DNA of 64,000 bases from Piromyces finnis finn (taxonomy: Eukaryota; Fungi; Neocallimastigomycota), in the NCBI GenBank assembly GCA_002104945.1, contig MCFH01000076.1, positions 124,001 to 188,000 of the forward strand, read 5' to 3'. Below are positions 60,701 through 64,000 of this stretch, in pieces. Under the pieces are notes generated by a model. The model worked only from the letters and a program-made list of their open reading frames with translations, did no database searches and was not told the DNA's origin. Numbering within the stretch: position 1 is the stretch's first letter; the number at the start of each line of letters is the position of its first letter. The translations under genes and the position numbers were made by a program.

Positions 60701-63700
60701 ATAATACAAGAACCAGTTGGGAATTGATAAATATGTTGAATTTTGTATTCTTCTTCATTATATTCATAATCTTCATCCTCAAATTCATATTCATCAAAGT
60801 TTGTATTCATCATAAAGTTATTTTGTTGTTGAGCGAATTGGGCCATAAGTTCCGCTTTTCTGGCCATAGCTCTTTTTTTCTTTAATCTATTTTCCTCCTC
60901 TTCCTTTTCCTTCAATAATTGTTGCTTATGTTCTCTAAGAATCTTTTGCTTGAACCATTTATCGATATAATCCTTAATTTCATCATCTTCTGTCATTTGA
61001 TTAACATTCTTAAGGATTGAACAAATTCTAGGAATAAAGTTAGTGATAACATTATTAGACTTTTCTACAAGATATACTAACCATTGAACTAAGGTCATAG
61101 TCTTATCACTAGATTCAGTAGAAGATTCAATGTTCATTGGTTCACTGTTTTCTTTCATCTCTTCAGATTTAATTTCTGGTTCGTTGGTATTTTCTTCTTT
61201 CATTTCATCAGCAGTTTCTTCTACTTCATTTGACTCATCTTCGTTATCAAATACTAATTTTACCTTACCATCCATCTTAGATGAGTCAAAAGTAAAGTTT
61301 TGATGAGCAGCATTCCATATAAAGGATTCATTACCTTCAGGCATATTGGATTGGGTTTCAATGCATCTTCTTTCTTCTTCGATAGCAATTTCCATTAAAT
61401 AGATTGAATTATCTAATATAAATTCTGGCTTATATAAACCATCTTTATCTTCTTCTTTCTTTTCATTTGTGCAATTAAATATTGAATAGAAAACAATACT
61501 ATTAAAGACTTGGGAACGACAGAGATTTGGTAACTTTGAAAATCCACTAGAAGGATCAATACGTTCCATTCTTGGCTTTAATACAATATTTTCAATACCA
61601 TTAGCTTTATTTTCACTTGTTTTTAAAATATATTCCTTAATTTTTTGTTTGGCAGTTTCACGATCATTAAATGATAATGAAGAAAAGTATGGATCAACTT
61701 CTTCATAATATTTTGTCTTTAATTCATAAGTACCACGATCAGCAATGCCATATGGGAATTTGAAGTTACTAACTTCTTCTAATATATCTTCAATATCACT
61801 AGTAATATCTTTTTCTGATTCCAAATATTTCTTTTCAATCTTACCAGCAATTTCACTAAAGGATAAAGGTTTTTTAATTAAGAGATGAATAATTTCATTT
61901 CTTAAATTACCTTCAAAACCTTTACCATTAATTTCTTTACGGAATGTAAGTATTCTAATAATAAGAAGAAGGAATTCATCAACTAATAAATTAACCTTTT
62001 CATTACTAAAGCCACGTTTGTCAGCATAAGATTTTCCTCTAAACCAATCTAAAACTTCGAAACGGTCCAATAATGAAGTTAAGAAAACATTAGAATTAAG
62101 AGCTAATGAAGCAACTTGTAAAAATATGATATTAGTATCATATGAAACAGAACGTAACTTTACATTGGAATATGTAGAAGCCATATGATAAATAGTTGCA
62201 CCATTTCTAATCCAAAGATTGGACTTAACTTGTGAAAAGGCTGCCATACAACGTAATGGATATTCCATTAATCTTTGGATACGATTTTCTTGAGTAATAT
62301 TATCAGATTCATTCTCAGTTATTGGAATAAATGAGAAAATATCATTCCAGATTTTATCTAAATTGCCATCTATTTTATCTTTCTCTGATAAATTTTTTAA
62401 AATCAATGGAAGCTGGCGAACAAAGCTAGCAAATAACCAATGAACAGGATAAATAAAGGATATTTCACCCAACATAATTGAATAATTAGGAACTTCATAA
62501 TTATTATCATCTAAAGATTTAACATAATGGAATCCATGTTTATTATCTCTAATACTACTGCTAGCATTTTCATCAGTGTTATTCCTATTAGTAACATTAT
62601 TATTAATTTCTTCCATTACAGTCCTATTTGCCCGTGTCATTGCTATTTCATTACGAACATTTAATAAATTATTTATAAATGAACCGTGTGTACGGATTAT
62701 TGTGATTTTATCCATAGATGATGATTTTTTATGGCTTTTATAGTAACACCATTCATCTAAAAAGGAAAGAATGTTGGTCATTGCCTTTTTAATATACTTT
62801 AGATTTTCTTCTTGTTCTGATTCATATTTGTAGCAATCAGATATACAATTAATTAATTTACCAAGAATGTAAGTGTATTCTACACCACTTACCCAATCAT
62901 TGGATTCATTAACAATATGATAATCTAAATAACATTTTTGTGGAAGAAATCCTTGTAAATAAACTAACATATCTAAAGCACTTTGTAAATATAATGGATT
63001 TTCACGATAGAAATTAGTTTTAACTTTTGGAGCTTGTAAAAGATATGTAATTCCTTCAACTACTTTACCCAATATAGCCATATCTTTTTCATCTCTGTTA
63101 ACAATTTGAAGTGATTCGAATTCGTATTTTTCTGTTCTCAAGGATTTTAATAATTCAAAGTTTTGGTAAAAATGTTTATAATCGAATTTTAAATGACCTG
63201 TATTACAGAAAGTATTTGTCTTTATTAATGTCATTAAATCGAAATAAAAGTTGGTTTCATTGAAGATATAATTAACAGATGTAGGTGATATAGTTTGGAC
63301 CATAAAATCAACAATGTTATAACGATCTTCTATATCCGTAAGATATGATGTTAATATATGAGGGAAATGAATTGCATATTTTGTTGCAGTTTTAACCTTA
63401 AATTCTTGATCTGATATTAACGTATTAATATACAATTCTTTAATTAAAATTCTAGTTGATTTCCATATTTTGATATCATAAAAGAATAATAAATCAATTA
63501 CTGTTAAATCTTGCTTTTTAATGAAACCTGGACATGAATATTTCGATGGATCTTCGATTTTTCTAAAAAATTCATGATTAATTGTATCCCTAATAACATC
63601 TTTAACACTTTCATATTTTTCATCATTAATTGATATTATTCCTGGAACAACCTTTAATAATTTACTGAAGTAAACAACTAAATATGCAATAACTTCTTCT

Positions 63701-64000
63701 TTTAATGTTTCACTTAATAAACGAATAGTAGTACGTAATCCTGCACCATTAATAATTTTACTCATATCCTTCAACTTATTAATATCTTCAGTAATGCATA
63801 AACATCCACGACCCTAAACAAATAATTATTAGAATTTTTTTAAAATAAAAAAAAAAAAAAGATAAATGAAACAAAATAAATTATTTATATAATAAAAAAA
63901 ATATAAATTAATAAAAATTTGTTAATATTAAATCAATAAAGTATTATTTAACAGCTTACATGACTATCAATATTTTTTGCAATCATTTCTGCACGTTCAT
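57703..64000 (-). CDS. UBR1: N-end rule E3 ubiquitin ligase UBR1/UBR2; 5' part outside window; exons >64000-63960 and 63813-57703
   Basis: ClpS-like ...AEMIAKNIDSH^GRGCL; winged-helix region LRNEIIHLLIKKPLSFSEI; RING CIMC...STCGHMMHSKC...EFLCPLCKNICN; C-terminal UBR domain CKRC...ICLLCG...C.QS.CC...GEC..H...C...PYLDVHGE.D...RG.P.FL...RY. Confidence 0.95.

Overview
Extremely AT-rich eukaryotic DNA with GT-AG introns. The gene content (CotH, CBM18 chitin-binding proteins, a solute-binding-domain GPCR, bacterial-type genes) fits an anaerobic gut fungus (Neocallimastigomycota); the taxon is inferred, not proven. Left part (1-26 kb): lysyl-tRNA synthetase (truncated by the window edge); a bacterial-type peroxiredoxin-glutaredoxin hybrid gene with one intron; four non-LTR retroelement insertions, including a full-length single-ORF APE-RT LINE with a 14-bp TSD and poly(A); a ~23-exon UGGT ending in KDEL; and a CARM1/PRMT4-like methyltransferase. 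Right part (27.8-56 kb): an intron-poor cell-surface block with three tandem YhgE/Pip(Sng1)-like membrane proteins, two secreted 10-Cys-domain/Thr-Lys-linker/CBM18 proteins, a secreted KTLPTTT-repeat protein with an unrecognised 6-Cys C-terminal domain, an SBP-7TM receptor and a CotH kinase. UBR1 follows, truncated by the window edge. The most novel signals are a 43-nt putatively structured RNA motif shared by otherwise dissimilar LINE 3' ends (one compensatory base pair), an RRM-like domain fused in frame to the LINE polyprotein, and the uncharacterised Cys-rich domains of the surface block. All exon boundaries were read by eye.
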